From positions 6,566-70,565 of the IMG/VR virus record IMGVR_UViG_3300047478_000258: a stretch of DNA of 64,000 nt; one strand, given 5' to 3'. Shown here in pieces: positions 27,456 through 37,525 of this stretch (position 1 is the first letter of the stretch; every line of letters starts with the position of its first letter). Source of the stretch: a virus. The translations under genes were made by a program, and so were the position numbers. Below the pieces are notes generated by a model. That model made no database searches. It was not told the DNA's origin and worked only from the letters and a program-made list of their open reading frames with translations.

Positions 27456-27648
27456 GACAGTATATGTTCCTTGTATAGTTCCAGAGACTCCTCCTGTTCC
27501 ACAGATGTATGTAGCTCAGTGGGTTAATTTAGATGGAAGATATTGTTTCGCAGATACAGAGAGCTTCAAGGCTCTCATTACCAACATAAAAGAGATGAGA
27601 AGATATCAGGATGAGATGAGAACTATCCTTGAGAACCTTAAAAAGTGA
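27394..27648 (+). CDS. o-spanin (Rz1-like lipoprotein)
   Basis: Lipobox LISC, Pro-rich segment. Confidence 0.75.
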   Translation: MRHLLMILFCLSLISCSLATKTVYVPCIVPETPPVPQMYVAQWVNLDGRYCFADTESFKALITNIKEMRRYQDEMRTILENLKK

Positions 27649-27659
27649 AAACGTTTTCA
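27646..27659. repeat. TGAAAACGTTTTCA palindrome 12
   Basis: Begins with o-spanin stop; precedes fibre RBS. Confidence 0.95.
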
Positions 27660-27673
27660 GATAGGAGTTATTA

Positions 27674-29818
27674 ATGGCTACTATTACACATAAAAAAGTA
27701 AATGAAACTCCAGATGATTTAACCCTACTCCCGTTAGAAAACTGGGTTTTCCCTTCTGATTGGAATGACCCTCACGATATTACTCTTGGGGCAGACGAGA
27801 ACTTTCTGACAGATGCACAGGTATCTGCTTTACATACTCAGGGAACTGATGCTGGATTAGATACAGGTGGAGGTCATGCTGTAACTGCAGAAACTATAGT
27901 ACATCATATAGCAGAAACTACAACAGCTCATGGTGGGATACCTTCTATAGCTGGTCTACTTGATGAAACAGCTCATGATATTTTGGATCATACAGGCCTT
28001 ACTGGGGTTATCGCTTATACCCATCCTACAGGAGCAGGAAATCTTCATGTTCCTACTTCAGTAACCACTACAGATACAGGAAAGGTTCTTACAGCAGGAG
28101 CTACAGCTGGTGATCTGAGTTGGGTAAGTGCTGGTGGTCATACACAAGGTACTGATACTGGGTTAGACACTGGAGGGAGCCATGCTGTTACAGCTGAAAC
28201 TATTGTTCACCATATAGCAGAAACTAGCTCTGCTCACGGTGGAATCCCATCTATTGCTGGGTTACTTGATGAGTCAGCACATGATGGACTTGACCACACT
28301 GGTCTTACAGGTGTTCCTGCTGCTTACACTCATCCAACAGGGACAGGCAATCTTCATGTTCCTACATTTACAAATACTGTAGATACAGGAAAAGTATTAA
28401 CTGCTGGAGCTACAAATACTGATCTATCTTGGGTAGCTCTTGCAGCTGGTCATACCCAAGGAACTGATACAGGTCTTGATACTGGTGGTGGTCATGCAGT
28501 TACTGCCGAGACAATAGTGCATCATATAGATAATGTAACTACTGCTCATAACATGGATGATTATCTTGAAGGTAAGAAGGATAAGCATGGCTGGAATATT
28601 CATCCTCCAGTTAAGACTGAACTCAGTATAGCCAAGCCTGTAGCAAATTGGATCTTTACTCTTGATTGTGGTGCTTCATTTGAATACTATGTTAATGGAG
28701 TAGAGGTTATAGTTACAGGAACTAAGACCTACGATCTTGGAACTACTCCAACTGCTAATACTGCCTTACACTACCTATTCTTTGATGATGTTACAGGAAC
28801 TATTAAACATAGAGAAACAGCATGGAACTTATACACAGAAGTTCCTATATGCACCTGTTTCTTTAACGGAACTACTTGGGCAATAACAGAAGAGAGGCAT
28901 TATGCAATTAGAGATAGAAGCTGGCATCTCTGGGCACATCAGACTATAGGATCAAGACTCGGTAGTTTGACTGACTTCGCCATGACTCTCCCATCTATTG
29001 CTACTCCTAATGATATTAATATAGCAGGTGGAACTCTTTATGATGAAGACTTAGAGAATACTCCAAGTGCATCTACGGGAGTAAGACTTTGGTATAAGAC
29101 TGCTGTAGATTCATGGAGTTTTGTGGATTCTACAACTACTCCTTATGAAACTACAGTTAAATTTACCAATGATGCTTATACTCAAACAGATGTAGGAGCT
29201 GCTAAGTTTATTAATCAGTGGTGGTATGCTACTCCTGATATTGATTATCCTATATATGTTTTTAGAGAAAAAGTTACAGCTGAATATAATACAGTAGCAC
29301 TTGCAAGAGCAGTAACTCCTCCATCCCTTGCATCTCTTGGATTTACTGGTAGTGCAGAAGTTAAGTTACTCTATAGGTTAATCTGGAAGGGTGATGATAC
29401 TCTTCAGGAAATAACTGACTATAGGGCATCTTCTCCTATAGCTGGTGGTGCTACTGGAACCTCAAGTGCAGCAGCTACTTCATATTCTCCAACTGCTCCT
29501 GAGACAGTTGTTACAGTTCAAGGTGCATTAGATAACAGACCTAACTACAATGTCCTTGGAGCATTATCTACAGGGTTCTTAAAAGTAGCTACAACTACAG
29601 GTGCTCTGACTTCTGATACTACAGTATATGCTCCATTAGCTTCTCCTGTTCATACAGGAGTAGTTGAAACACCAGCTATTAAAATAACAACTGGAGCAGG
29701 TTTAGCTAAGATATTAACATCAGATGCTGATGGAGATGCAACGTGGGAAACTCCTGCAGTAGCAGCACCATCTACAGGATCAACATTATATGTCTATAAC
29801 TTCAATGGAGGCTATTAA
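27674..29818 (+). CDS. Tail fibre with His-rich internal repeats
   Basis: GKVLTAG and KILTSDADG fibre motifs; ~102-aa repeats. Confidence 0.75.
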   Translation: MATITHKKVNETPDDLTLLPLENWVFPSDWNDPHDITLGADENFLTDAQVSALHTQGTDAGLDTGGGHAVTAETIVHHIAETTTAHGGIPSIAGLLDETAHDILDHTGLTGVIAYTHPTGAGNLHVPTSVTTTDTGKVLTAGATAGDLSWVSAGGHTQGTDTGLDTGGSHAVTAETIVHHIAETSSAHGGIPSIAGLLDESAHDGLDHTGLTGVPAAYTHPTGTGNLHVPTFTNTVDTGKVLTAGATNTDLSWVALAAGHTQGTDTGLDTGGGHAVTAETIVHHIDNVTTAHNMDDYLEGKKDKHGWNIHPPVKTELSIAKPVANWIFTLDCGASFEYYVNGVEVIVTGTKTYDLGTTPTANTALHYLFFDDVTGTIKHRETAWNLYTEVPICTCFFNGTTWAITEERHYAIRDRSWHLWAHQTIGSRLGSLTDFAMTLPSIATPNDINIAGGTLYDEDLENTPSASTGVRLWYKTAVDSWSFVDSTTTPYETTVKFTNDAYTQTDVGAAKFINQWWYATPDIDYPIYVFREKVTAEYNTVALARAVTPPSLASLGFTGSAEVKLLYRLIWKGDDTLQEITDYRASSPIAGGATGTSSAAATSYSPTAPETVVTVQGALDNRPNYNVLGALSTGFLKVATTTGALTSDTTVYAPLASPVHTGVVETPAIKITTGAGLAKILTSDADGDATWETPAVAAPSTGSTLYVYNFNGGY
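27833..28528 (+). repeat. ~306-312 bp coding tandem repeat (2 full, 1 partial)
   Basis: HTQGTD.GLDTGG.HAVTAETIVHHI at 27833, 28139 and 28451. Confidence 0.85.
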
Positions 29819-29820
29819 TT

Positions 29821-30276
29821 ATGGCAACTAACACAACACCTGTATTTCCACTTACTCCTTATATAGCTATTGCAGATCTTTCTGCAGCTTCAGCGGCAAC
29901 ATCAAGAGTTCCGACTGCGACTGCAAGTATGACAGCTTCTGCTGTATATGGTATTGCACTTGGAACAGCAGCTCCTACAGCAGGTAGAAGGATTGATAAG
30001 ATAGTAGTGAAAGGATGTGCAACAGCTATTAATGGAGCAACTACAGCTGGGACAGTTATTATCTGGCTGGATAACGCCACAACATCCTTTCCTATCTGTG
30101 AAATCTTAACTCCTGTAGTTACTCCATCAGCTTCAGTAGCGAGTATAGAAGTTGAGAGGACATTTACAGACTTTGTAATCCCAAGTGGGTATAAACTTTG
30201 GGCATCTACAACTATAGCAGGTGCATCTGCAGCTCATGCACTTACTGTATATGCCTTCTGTGGCAACTTCGAGTAA
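29821..30276 (+). CDS. Virion/tail-associated protein
   Basis: Ala/Thr-rich beta protein. Confidence 0.6.
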   Translation: MATNTTPVFPLTPYIAIADLSAASAATSRVPTATASMTASAVYGIALGTAAPTAGRRIDKIVVKGCATAINGATTAGTVIIWLDNATTSFPICEILTPVVTPSASVASIEVERTFTDFVIPSGYKLWASTTIAGASAAHALTVYAFCGNFE

Positions 30277-30285
30277 GGAGATACT

Positions 30286-30681
30286 ATGTTTAATACTTTT
30301 CCAAAAAGACCTGTATTAGTATTAAGTCTTTATAGATCTTTAGACTTAGGAGTAGTAACTGGAGTATATACAGCTGACTTTAATAAGTCCTTATTCATAA
30401 AGGTAACTACTGGGGCAGCTGCAGCTACAGTTAATATTCCTGATTGGAAAGGTGATGGAATTGTAAGTGCTTGGCTCTATATAACTCAAGGAGCAACTGC
30501 AAGAATACAGACTTTAGGAGCAGCAACTACAGGTATGAATAATATTATATCTTCTGGTGGGCTTATGTCAGCTGGTGATGCTCTTCCTAATAGTGGATTA
30601 GGAACAGTTGATGCTTTTGAATTTACTTGGACTGGAACAAAGTGGTTTCCTACTAATGCTTTGTTCGACATAAAGGCATAG
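30286..30681 (+). CDS. Tail-fibre-associated protein
   Basis: ITQGATAR...VDAFEFTWTGTKW pattern. Confidence 0.6.
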   Translation: MFNTFPKRPVLVLSLYRSLDLGVVTGVYTADFNKSLFIKVTTGAAAATVNIPDWKGDGIVSAWLYITQGATARIQTLGAATTGMNNIISSGGLMSAGDALPNSGLGTVDAFEFTWTGTKWFPTNALFDIKA

Positions 30682-30682
30682 T

Positions 30683-31363
30683 ATGATTTGGCATCCTAAT
30701 TTAGTATTTTGGTTAAGAGGTGAAAGTAGTCTTACTGATTCCAAAGCAGGATTAGTTGGTACTACTAGAGGAACTGGTGCAGTAGCCTATGACACAGGAA
30801 TATTTGGTGCAGGAATAAAGTTTAATGGTACTAACTGGTTTAATTATGCTTCAAGTAAAACTACCCTTGATTTTACACAGAAAACAGGAATTGGCACAAT
30901 TTCATTTTTTAGGAAATCTGCTGTGCAGACTGCGTCATATGGTGGTTATACTTTTTCAACTACTAAAGATGGTGGAACTTATGGATTCTGGATTTGTCAG
31001 TATCCTGGTGCTTATCTTATGATGTTCATTCTCCAAGGTGCAGGAACAAGATTAATTTATAATGAGGTTACTATTGATAATAATGTATGGACTCATTGTG
31101 CTTGGTCTTTCAATAAGGCTGCGGATGTATGTGTAGGATATAAAAATGGGATTGCGTATAATTCAGGTTCAATGTCGGCATGGAGTACTACAGCGAATAC
31201 ATCTCAGTATGAACTTACTTCTGGAAATAATCCAGACCAGAATAATTATGAACGAGTGGTAAATAATTCAATGATAGATGACATTAGAGTTTATAATATA
31301 GCTCTTCCAGCATCTGATATTATAAGACTATCAAGAGGATTTGATCCCCTAACGAGAAGTTAA
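30683..31363 (+). CDS. LamG/ConA-like lectin domain protein
   Basis: WTHCAW...YKNG...IDDIRVYNIAL. Confidence 0.85.
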   Translation: MIWHPNLVFWLRGESSLTDSKAGLVGTTRGTGAVAYDTGIFGAGIKFNGTNWFNYASSKTTLDFTQKTGIGTISFFRKSAVQTASYGGYTFSTTKDGGTYGFWICQYPGAYLMMFILQGAGTRLIYNEVTIDNNVWTHCAWSFNKAADVCVGYKNGIAYNSGSMSAWSTTANTSQYELTSGNNPDQNNYERVVNNSMIDDIRVYNIALPASDIIRLSRGFDPLTRS

Positions 31364-31376
31364 AGGAGGAAGTAAA

Positions 31377-31607
31377 ATGAGCTTTCAGCCTAATACTTTT
31401 CAGCATAATGCATTCCAGACTGGGTTAAACCTTATTCTTAGGGGGACAAGGGAATTCTTCCTTACTATAAAAAGAAGTATGTCTGATGTTTTATCTATAG
31501 AGAATACTTTCTCTGGGACTGTTTCTATTAATCGTAGTATGTTTAGCATACTTCCAATAATAAGGACAGTTTCAGATATCCTTACCATAAAAAGGAGTAA
31601 CAAATGA
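31377..31607 (+). CDS. Hypothetical virion protein
   Basis: FQ.N.FQ.NAFQ N-terminus. Confidence 0.6.
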   Translation: MSFQPNTFQHNAFQTGLNLILRGTREFFLTIKRSMSDVLSIENTFSGTVSINRSMFSILPIIRTVSDILTIKRSNK

Positions 31608-31957
31608 CTAAAGACCCTATTTTCGTAAATGATTGGGGGCATCTCTTAAAAGTAACTATAGAGGAGAATGGAGATATAGTTGATGTAAGTACAGCTACTG
31701 CTAAAGTAATTATTCTTAAAAGTCCCTCTGGTGTATCTAAAACACGCACTGCCAGCTTTTTCACCAATGGAGTAGATGGGATTATTACTTATAGAACTAT
31801 AGATACAACTCCTGCAGTAGTGGGACCACCAGCGGTAGCTGAAATTCCTGCTGATCTGGATGAAGTAGGAGAGTGGGAGATTCAAGGTAAAGTTACTTTT
31901 TCTACAGGTAAGTTTCATACCTCAAGAGGAAAGTTTACTGTTTACAGTCATAACTAG
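31604..31957 (+). CDS. BppU-like Ig-fold virion protein
   Basis: GVDGIITY...DLDEVGEWEIQGKV. Confidence 0.6.
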   Translation: MTKDPIFVNDWGHLLKVTIEENGDIVDVSTATAKVIILKSPSGVSKTRTASFFTNGVDGIITYRTIDTTPAVVGPPAVAEIPADLDEVGEWEIQGKVTFSTGKFHTSRGKFTVYSHN

Positions 31958-31959
31958 AT

Positions 31960-31988
31960 TTGACTAAAGATCTTTGAAAATATAGGCT
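31960..31988 (+). promoter_or_regulatory. Sigma70-type promoter TTGACT-17-TAGGCT for scaffold/capsid operon
   Basis: Intergenic; palindrome lies ~55 bp downstream. Confidence 0.55.
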
Positions 31989-32041
31989 TTATATAGAAGG
32001 ATACTTGCAGAGCAAGCCCTTCGTTCACTGTTTGTATACAG

Positions 32042-32055
32042 TGAAAACGTTTTCA
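32042..32055. repeat. TGAAAACGTTTTCA palindrome 13
   Basis: Leader of scaffold/capsid operon. Confidence 0.95.
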
Positions 32056-32093
32056 GACATATGGACACTCGTAATGAGCCCATAGGAGGTTAG

Positions 32094-33032
32094 ATGTCGA
32101 TACCAAAAGCAGTAGAAGAACAAGAGAGAATAGCAGAGGAAATGATGAAAAATTTCCAAGCTGGAGACTTACAACCAGGAGCAGCAGATACGGAAACCCC
32201 GCCTGTAGAAGAGATTCCTGCTGAAGAGCCCAGTCCTACAGAAGTACAACCTTCACCAGATCGTACTGAAACCCTTGAATATTGGAGGCAAAGAGCCTCT
32301 ACTATAGAGGGAAAGTACAATGCAGAAACAGTAAGAGCACTTAATGAGCTTTCAAACTACAGAGGAGAGAATGCTGAACTTAAAACTCAGATTCTTGAAC
32401 TCAAATCCCAAATGATAGCCTTCCAGAATACACTCCCCAAACAGGAAACTCCTAAGAGCCCTGATTTAGAGTGGATGGAAGAACAATCTGCTTCTTTTAT
32501 ACCAGGTGTCAAATCTCTAATTGATATGGAATTAGAGAAGAGGATGCTTGAGATAGATAAGAAGATAGGGACTGTAGCAGAAAGAGCCCAGAAAGCAGAG
32601 GCTAACACCTTTTTCACAGATCTTTCAGGAAAAGTATCTGACTGGAAAGTTATCAATGACAATAAAGAGTTCATTGATTGGCTTTCCCAGAGAGATAAAT
32701 ACTCTGCAAGACCCAAGTTAGACCTCCTTAGAGATGCTGTTTCTCGTCAGGATTTGGAAACAACAGCTTCCTTCTTCACGGACTGGAAGGAATCCCTCGG
32801 AAAACAGGCTCAAGATACGGGTAAACCTAAACCCAATATTGATAAGTTTGCATCTCCATCAAAACCAACAGGAGGAGCTGCTAAACCTAAAGAGACAGAT
32901 CCTGTTTCCAGAGATTTCATCAAGAAATTCTACGAAGATTCTACCAAAGGTAAGTATCGTGGAAGAGAAGAAGAGGCTAAAAAGATAGAAGAAAGCATCA
33001 ATTTAGCCCTCTCTGAGGGTAAAATCTATTAA
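32094..33032 (+). CDS. Capsid scaffolding protein
   Basis: Acidic coiled coil directly before capsid; DWKVIN...F..WL; EGKIY end. Confidence 0.8.
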   Translation: MSIPKAVEEQERIAEEMMKNFQAGDLQPGAADTETPPVEEIPAEEPSPTEVQPSPDRTETLEYWRQRASTIEGKYNAETVRALNELSNYRGENAELKTQILELKSQMIAFQNTLPKQETPKSPDLEWMEEQSASFIPGVKSLIDMELEKRMLEIDKKIGTVAERAQKAEANTFFTDLSGKVSDWKVINDNKEFIDWLSQRDKYSARPKLDLLRDAVSRQDLETTASFFTDWKESLGKQAQDTGKPKPNIDKFASPSKPTGGAAKPKETDPVSRDFIKKFYEDSTKGKYRGREEEAKKIEESINLALSEGKIY

Positions 33033-33047
33033 CAGGAGGATTCACAA

Positions 33048-33986
33048 ATGGCATTTCCAAGAGTAGGTGGGCATCCAGATTATACAGGTTCAGGAGCTAG
33101 TAGGTTTATTCCTGAAATATGGTCAGGGAAACTAAATAAGAAGTTCTACGCAACTTCAGTTGTTCCTTCACTTTGCAACACAGACTATGAGGGTGAGATT
33201 AAGGCTCATGGTGATAAAGTCATCATCCGTCAGATTCCTACCCTTAACATCCGTACCTACAATAAAGGTATGGCTCTTAACTATGAACGCCCTGAGAGCA
33301 CAACTGTTGAGCTCTTGATTGACAAGGGCAAGTACTTCGCTTTCACCATTGACCATGTTGACAAGTTCCAGTCTGACCTGTCTCTCATGGATATGTGGTC
33401 AAGTGATGCTGCAGAGCAGATGAAGATCAGTGTTGATACTGATGTTCTTGCAGACCTCATTGATGATGGTCACGCAAGCAACCTCGGTGCAACTGCTGGT
33501 GCAATCTCTGCTAATATCAACCTTGGTACTTTTGCAGGAAGCTCTGTCCCTATCTCCAAGATAAACATCGTTGATAACCTTGTAGGTCTTGGTCAGGTTC
33601 TTGATGAGCAGAACGTTCCTGAGAATGACCGCTGGGTTGTTATCCCTGCATGGGCAGCAACCAGGATCAAGACATCTGATCTTAAAGATGCCTCCCTCTC
33701 TGGTGACGGAACTTCAATGCTCCGTAATGGTAGGATTGGAAGGATTGACAGGTTCACCCTGTACAGCTCCAACCTCCTGTATACTGCCAATGATGGCAAT
33801 GCTGTAAAGAGCTGGGGTATTCTCTTTGGTCAGAAGACTGCTCTCACATGGGCTTCTCAGATTACAGAGACAGAGACCCTCAAGGCTGAGTCAACTTTTG
33901 GTGACCTTGTCCGTGGATTGAATGTCTACGGTTACAAAGTTATCAAGCCTGAATCTCTCGGTATGTTGGTAGGTAGCCCTGCCTAA
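33048..33986 (+). CDS. Major capsid protein (HK97 fold)
   Basis: FIPEIWSGKL, NTDYEGEI..GDKV.I, LDEQNVP...R, FGDLVRGLNVYG. Confidence 0.92.
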   Translation: MAFPRVGGHPDYTGSGASRFIPEIWSGKLNKKFYATSVVPSLCNTDYEGEIKAHGDKVIIRQIPTLNIRTYNKGMALNYERPESTTVELLIDKGKYFAFTIDHVDKFQSDLSLMDMWSSDAAEQMKISVDTDVLADLIDDGHASNLGATAGAISANINLGTFAGSSVPISKINIVDNLVGLGQVLDEQNVPENDRWVVIPAWAATRIKTSDLKDASLSGDGTSMLRNGRIGRIDRFTLYSSNLLYTANDGNAVKSWGILFGQKTALTWASQITETETLKAESTFGDLVRGLNVYGYKVIKPESLGMLVGSPA

Positions 33987-34176
33987 TGTTTTTAACAAGG
34001 CAGGATAGAGAAAGAGCTCTATTAATAGATAAAGCGTTGGTTGATTGGGTATCTGAGTTTAAGGTATCCAATTACCAAAAGCCTCTTACTTCTACTATAG
34101 AGTTACTCTCTGGTTTAAGTAATGTAACAAAACAAGAGTTGCAAGACTCTAAAAATCGTATTAAGGAGGATGTAAA

Positions 34177-34626
34177 ATGGCAGATATTGATGTAACTGGA
34201 AGTGGTCCTCTGTTAGGGACACCTAATTGGGATGGGCAGGGAAAAGTTTATGTTCTTGCAGCTACTATTGACCTTACTGGGGATGTACTTGTTGAAAACG
34301 ATGTTTATCAGTGCTTGGCTGTTCCTGCTGATACCCTAGTAATGAATGTTAAAGTGGAGATACTCACTCCTGCTGTAGGTACTACTCTCACAATGGACGT
34401 AGGTGATGGTAGTGGGGTAGATAGCTGGGATGCAAACGTAGATGGCAAGGCAGTAGCAGGAACGTTTACTCACTCTGTAGTTGGTACAGATGCTTATGCA
34501 GCTGCTGCAGCTCAGGGTAAGTTCTACGATGCTGCTGATTCCATTGATATTGTAATGGACGTAGCAACTTCTATTACAGCTGGTCCTAAGTTCCGTATTT
34601 CAGCTCTCTGTGTAGATTACAATTAG
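34177..34626 (+). CDS. Capsid decoration or minor head protein
   Basis: Beta-rich 149 aa after capsid, strong RBS. Confidence 0.6.
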   Translation: MADIDVTGSGPLLGTPNWDGQGKVYVLAATIDLTGDVLVENDVYQCLAVPADTLVMNVKVEILTPAVGTTLTMDVGDGSGVDSWDANVDGKAVAGTFTHSVVGTDAYAAAAAQGKFYDAADSIDIVMDVATSITAGPKFRISALCVDYN

Positions 34627-34637
34627 TAGTAAAGGCA

Positions 34638-34670
34638 GAGGGGGTCAGGGCGTTGACCCGATTCCCCCTC
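34638..34670 (+). terminator. Hairpin after head genes
   Basis: GAGGGG...CCCCTC stem. Confidence 0.45.
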
Positions 34671-34697
34671 ACCTAGTTCTTTGAAGGAGGACAAACT

Positions 34698-35351
34698 ATG
34701 TCCAGATATGCAGAGTTTTCATGTGATAAGTTAATTCTTGGTGGAGCTACCCATTCTGCTAAAATAGCAGGGTCAGGATCTACAAGTATTAAAACAGAAT
34801 TAGGAACTACAGCAGGAAACGCTGTTGGCTACTTCTTAAATACCACTCATACTACAGGAGATATGAGAGGAGAATATCTTCGTCTTTACTTCTCTGGTAC
34901 AGGTGGTTCTGGTGAAGCTTTTAGAGCTATGTCTACTATTAACAATAAAACAGTTGCTACTGGTGGAACTGTTAATGGTGCTCATATTTCAATAGGAACA
35001 GCTGGAGCATCAGCTGCTGTTTCAGGTGCTGCTAATGCCTTGAGATGTACTTTTGGAATTGCTGCTGCTTCTACTACTCTTGGTGGAACCTGTTCAGTTA
35101 TCCAAGTAGATACAGACATGGATACTGCCGTAACTGTACCTACAAACTTTGCTTTCATCAGGTTTACTAACACTGGAGTAAAATACCCGAAGGCTCTATT
35201 TAGAGTTCCAAATGTTGCAGCTGAGGCAACAGGTCTTTTCTGTGCTCATGTAACAGATGCTATGACACATTCTCTTCGTATTGTAAGTGAAGCAGGGACT
35301 GCTTACCATATTATGTGCACTACTACTGTTACCAATAGGACTGTATCATAA
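34698..35351 (+). CDS. Virion structural protein
   Basis: Gly/Ala/Thr-rich 217 aa. Confidence 0.65.
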   Translation: MSRYAEFSCDKLILGGATHSAKIAGSGSTSIKTELGTTAGNAVGYFLNTTHTTGDMRGEYLRLYFSGTGGSGEAFRAMSTINNKTVATGGTVNGAHISIGTAGASAAVSGAANALRCTFGIAAASTTLGGTCSVIQVDTDMDTAVTVPTNFAFIRFTNTGVKYPKALFRVPNVAAEATGLFCAHVTDAMTHSLRIVSEAGTAYHIMCTTTVTNRTVS

Positions 35352-35539
35352 TGGATCTGAAAAAGGAGAAAGAGAGTCTTATAAGCCAAAGGGATAATGC
35401 CTTTGCTGTCTACCAGCAGACTATAGGAGCAATAGCTCTTATAGATGCTCTCTTAGCAGAAGAAACACCTTCTGTAACTGAAAAGGAATTTAAAGAACTG
35501 GTAGGAGCTAAAGAAGTAGAGTTTATCCCTGTAGAGTAG
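35351..35539 (+). CDS. Small fibre-chaperone-like protein
   Basis: 62 aa helical, coupled to previous gene. Confidence 0.55.
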   Translation: MDLKKEKESLISQRDNAFAVYQQTIGAIALIDALLAEETPSVTEKEFKELVGAKEVEFIPVE

Positions 35540-35544
35540 TAAAT

Positions 35545-35568
35545 AGAGGGGGCGTAAAAACCCCCTCT
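35545..35568 (+). terminator. Intrinsic terminator-like hairpin
   Basis: AGAGGGGG/CCCCCTCT stem. Confidence 0.65.
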
Positions 35569-35594
35569 TAAATTATCTTAAGAAGGGGGAACAA

Positions 35595-35912
35595 ATGCAA
35601 AGAATTAAGAATAAGTATCTTTTTACAGATACTGTGCAACATTTACACTCTACTCTTATGGAGAATGGCTTTGTAAGGAGTATTGTATACATCCTTCCTA
35701 ACCTAACTACAGCAGTATCTGGTGTTCTTACTGTCTATGACGAGGATGGTAACTTGATTTATACCTCTGGGACTATAAATGAGAATACTTCCACTCTAGT
35801 ATCAAGTTTAGCTATCCCAATAGGGGTTAATTATACAACTACTTTTACTCTGAATGCAGCATCAGGAGCATCAGATACAGTTACTATCAATATGTATGTA
35901 GAACAGGTCTGA
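35595..35912 (+). CDS. Hypothetical virion protein
   Basis: 105-aa ORF; stop lies within the palindrome. Confidence 0.65.
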   Translation: MQRIKNKYLFTDTVQHLHSTLMENGFVRSIVYILPNLTTAVSGVLTVYDEDGNLIYTSGTINENTSTLVSSLAIPIGVNYTTTFTLNAASGASDTVTINMYVEQV

Positions 35913-35923
35913 AAACGTTTTCA
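35910..35923. repeat. TGAAAACGTTTTCA palindrome 14
   Basis: Begins with stop; precedes adaptor RBS. Confidence 0.95.
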
Positions 35924-35937
35924 CATAGGAGACATGA

Positions 35938-36609
35938 ATGACTCTTGATGAACTTATTAATTCTGCAAGAAGCATATTGGATGATGAAGTAGGAGAAGAT
36001 TCAGAGAATCTATGGTCTGACATAGAGCTCACAGAGTATATAAATGACGCTATTTATAACCTCTGCAGGAGAACTCACAGGCTTATAGTAGACTCAACAA
36101 CTGCTGCTATCTGCCAGATTGCTGTAGTAGCAGGAACTAATCTTTATACTCTTAGCCCCAGAATCCTTGAGATTCAGAAAGCAAGACTTCCTTCTACAAC
36201 TAATTATGTAAGACCCGTGGCTCTTAATATCTTGGATCAGAGACAGGGTTGGGAAGTTACTACAGGAACTCCTACTTACTATTGTTTGGATTACCAGACT
36301 GGGAGTATCATGCTTTACCCTATTCCTATAGTAACAGAGACAATGTATCTTACTGTCTATAGATTACCTGTTACAGATCTGGTTTATACAACTGCAACAG
36401 CATCTCCTGAGATTCCTGTTCAATACCATCAAGACCTACTTCCTTGGGTTTATTACAAAGCTTACACCAAAAATGATGTAGAAACTGCTAATAAACTTAA
36501 GTCTGCAGAGTGGAAGCAGATAGCAGATGTCCAGTATGACAAGATCTATAGGGAATATCTCAGGAAAGTTCCTTCTCAGCCCTGCGGGACTATGTATGGT
36601 GCTCTTTAA
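35938..36609 (+). CDS. Head-tail adaptor / tail tubular protein A-like
   Basis: MTL.EL...R..LDD...WSD.EL..YINDA; GTP.YY; LYP.P; PEIP.QYH..L. Confidence 0.75.
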   Translation: MTLDELINSARSILDDEVGEDSENLWSDIELTEYINDAIYNLCRRTHRLIVDSTTAAICQIAVVAGTNLYTLSPRILEIQKARLPSTTNYVRPVALNILDQRQGWEVTTGTPTYYCLDYQTGSIMLYPIPIVTETMYLTVYRLPVTDLVYTTATASPEIPVQYHQDLLPWVYYKAYTKNDVETANKLKSAEWKQIADVQYDKIYREYLRKVPSQPCGTMYGAL

Positions 36610-37511
36610 TGGCACAACCATTATCAGTAACTTATAAGGGTTTTAAGGGCATAAATAATATAGACAGTTCCCATAGACTATCTATATTGAAGGGAAATGC
36701 TACTTACCTGAAAGATGCTGTTAACTGCAATATAGATAAGACAGGAGCTATTGAGACAAGAGAAGGGACTACCCAGATATGGAACCACTCTACTCATAGT
36801 CTCTATACAAATGGAATACAGACTCTTGGAGTAGTTGCTGATAACTTATCTATTATAGATCCATCAGCTGGGTGGTCTCATGAGACTATCTATTCAGGTG
36901 TAGGAGATTCCCAATGGTATTATGTTTCTATAGGAGATACAATATATGCTTCCAATGGAACTCTTATAGGGTATGTAACTACTTTTTGGCATAATTTCCC
37001 TACTTCTACCCAACTATACAAGAAGACATTTCCTGCTTGTACTAACCTGGAATACTATAAATCAAGGATGTATGGCTCTATAGATAATTTAGTTATTTTT
37101 TCTGATCCAATGTGGTTTATCTCTATAGATGAGAGAAATGATAAATCATATGTTCAGAGACCCTCTACTATTACTATGATTAAGGCAGTAGATGACGGAC
37201 TTTGGGTAAGTGACCAACACAATATCTTGTTCTTTAAAGGGAACTCTCCTACTGAATTTACTATGGAGTATGCAAAACCATATGGGATTATTCCTGGTAC
37301 TAGCAGTACTCTTCCCGCCTCTGTAGTAATAGATAAAGAGCTATGGCATACTCCTGTTATAGCTACTACTAGCGAGGGAGTAGTAATTATGGGTGATGGA
37401 GGTAAAATTAAGAATCTGACAGAGGGAACTTACAGTATTCCACCAATTAGTAAAGGAGTCTCTTGTATAACTAGAGGCAGGATTAACCAATACGTTTCAA
37501 TAGTTAAATAA
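36609..37511 (+). CDS. Tail nozzle/stabilisation protein (beta-propeller-like)
   Basis: F.GINN...L.DA.N..ID..G...R.G start; follows adaptor. Confidence 0.6.
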   Translation: MAQPLSVTYKGFKGINNIDSSHRLSILKGNATYLKDAVNCNIDKTGAIETREGTTQIWNHSTHSLYTNGIQTLGVVADNLSIIDPSAGWSHETIYSGVGDSQWYYVSIGDTIYASNGTLIGYVTTFWHNFPTSTQLYKKTFPACTNLEYYKSRMYGSIDNLVIFSDPMWFISIDERNDKSYVQRPSTITMIKAVDDGLWVSDQHNILFFKGNSPTEFTMEYAKPYGIIPGTSSTLPASVVIDKELWHTPVIATTSEGVVIMGDGGKIKNLTEGTYSIPPISKGVSCITRGRINQYVSIVK

Positions 37512-37525
37512 AAGGAGGAAGCAAA

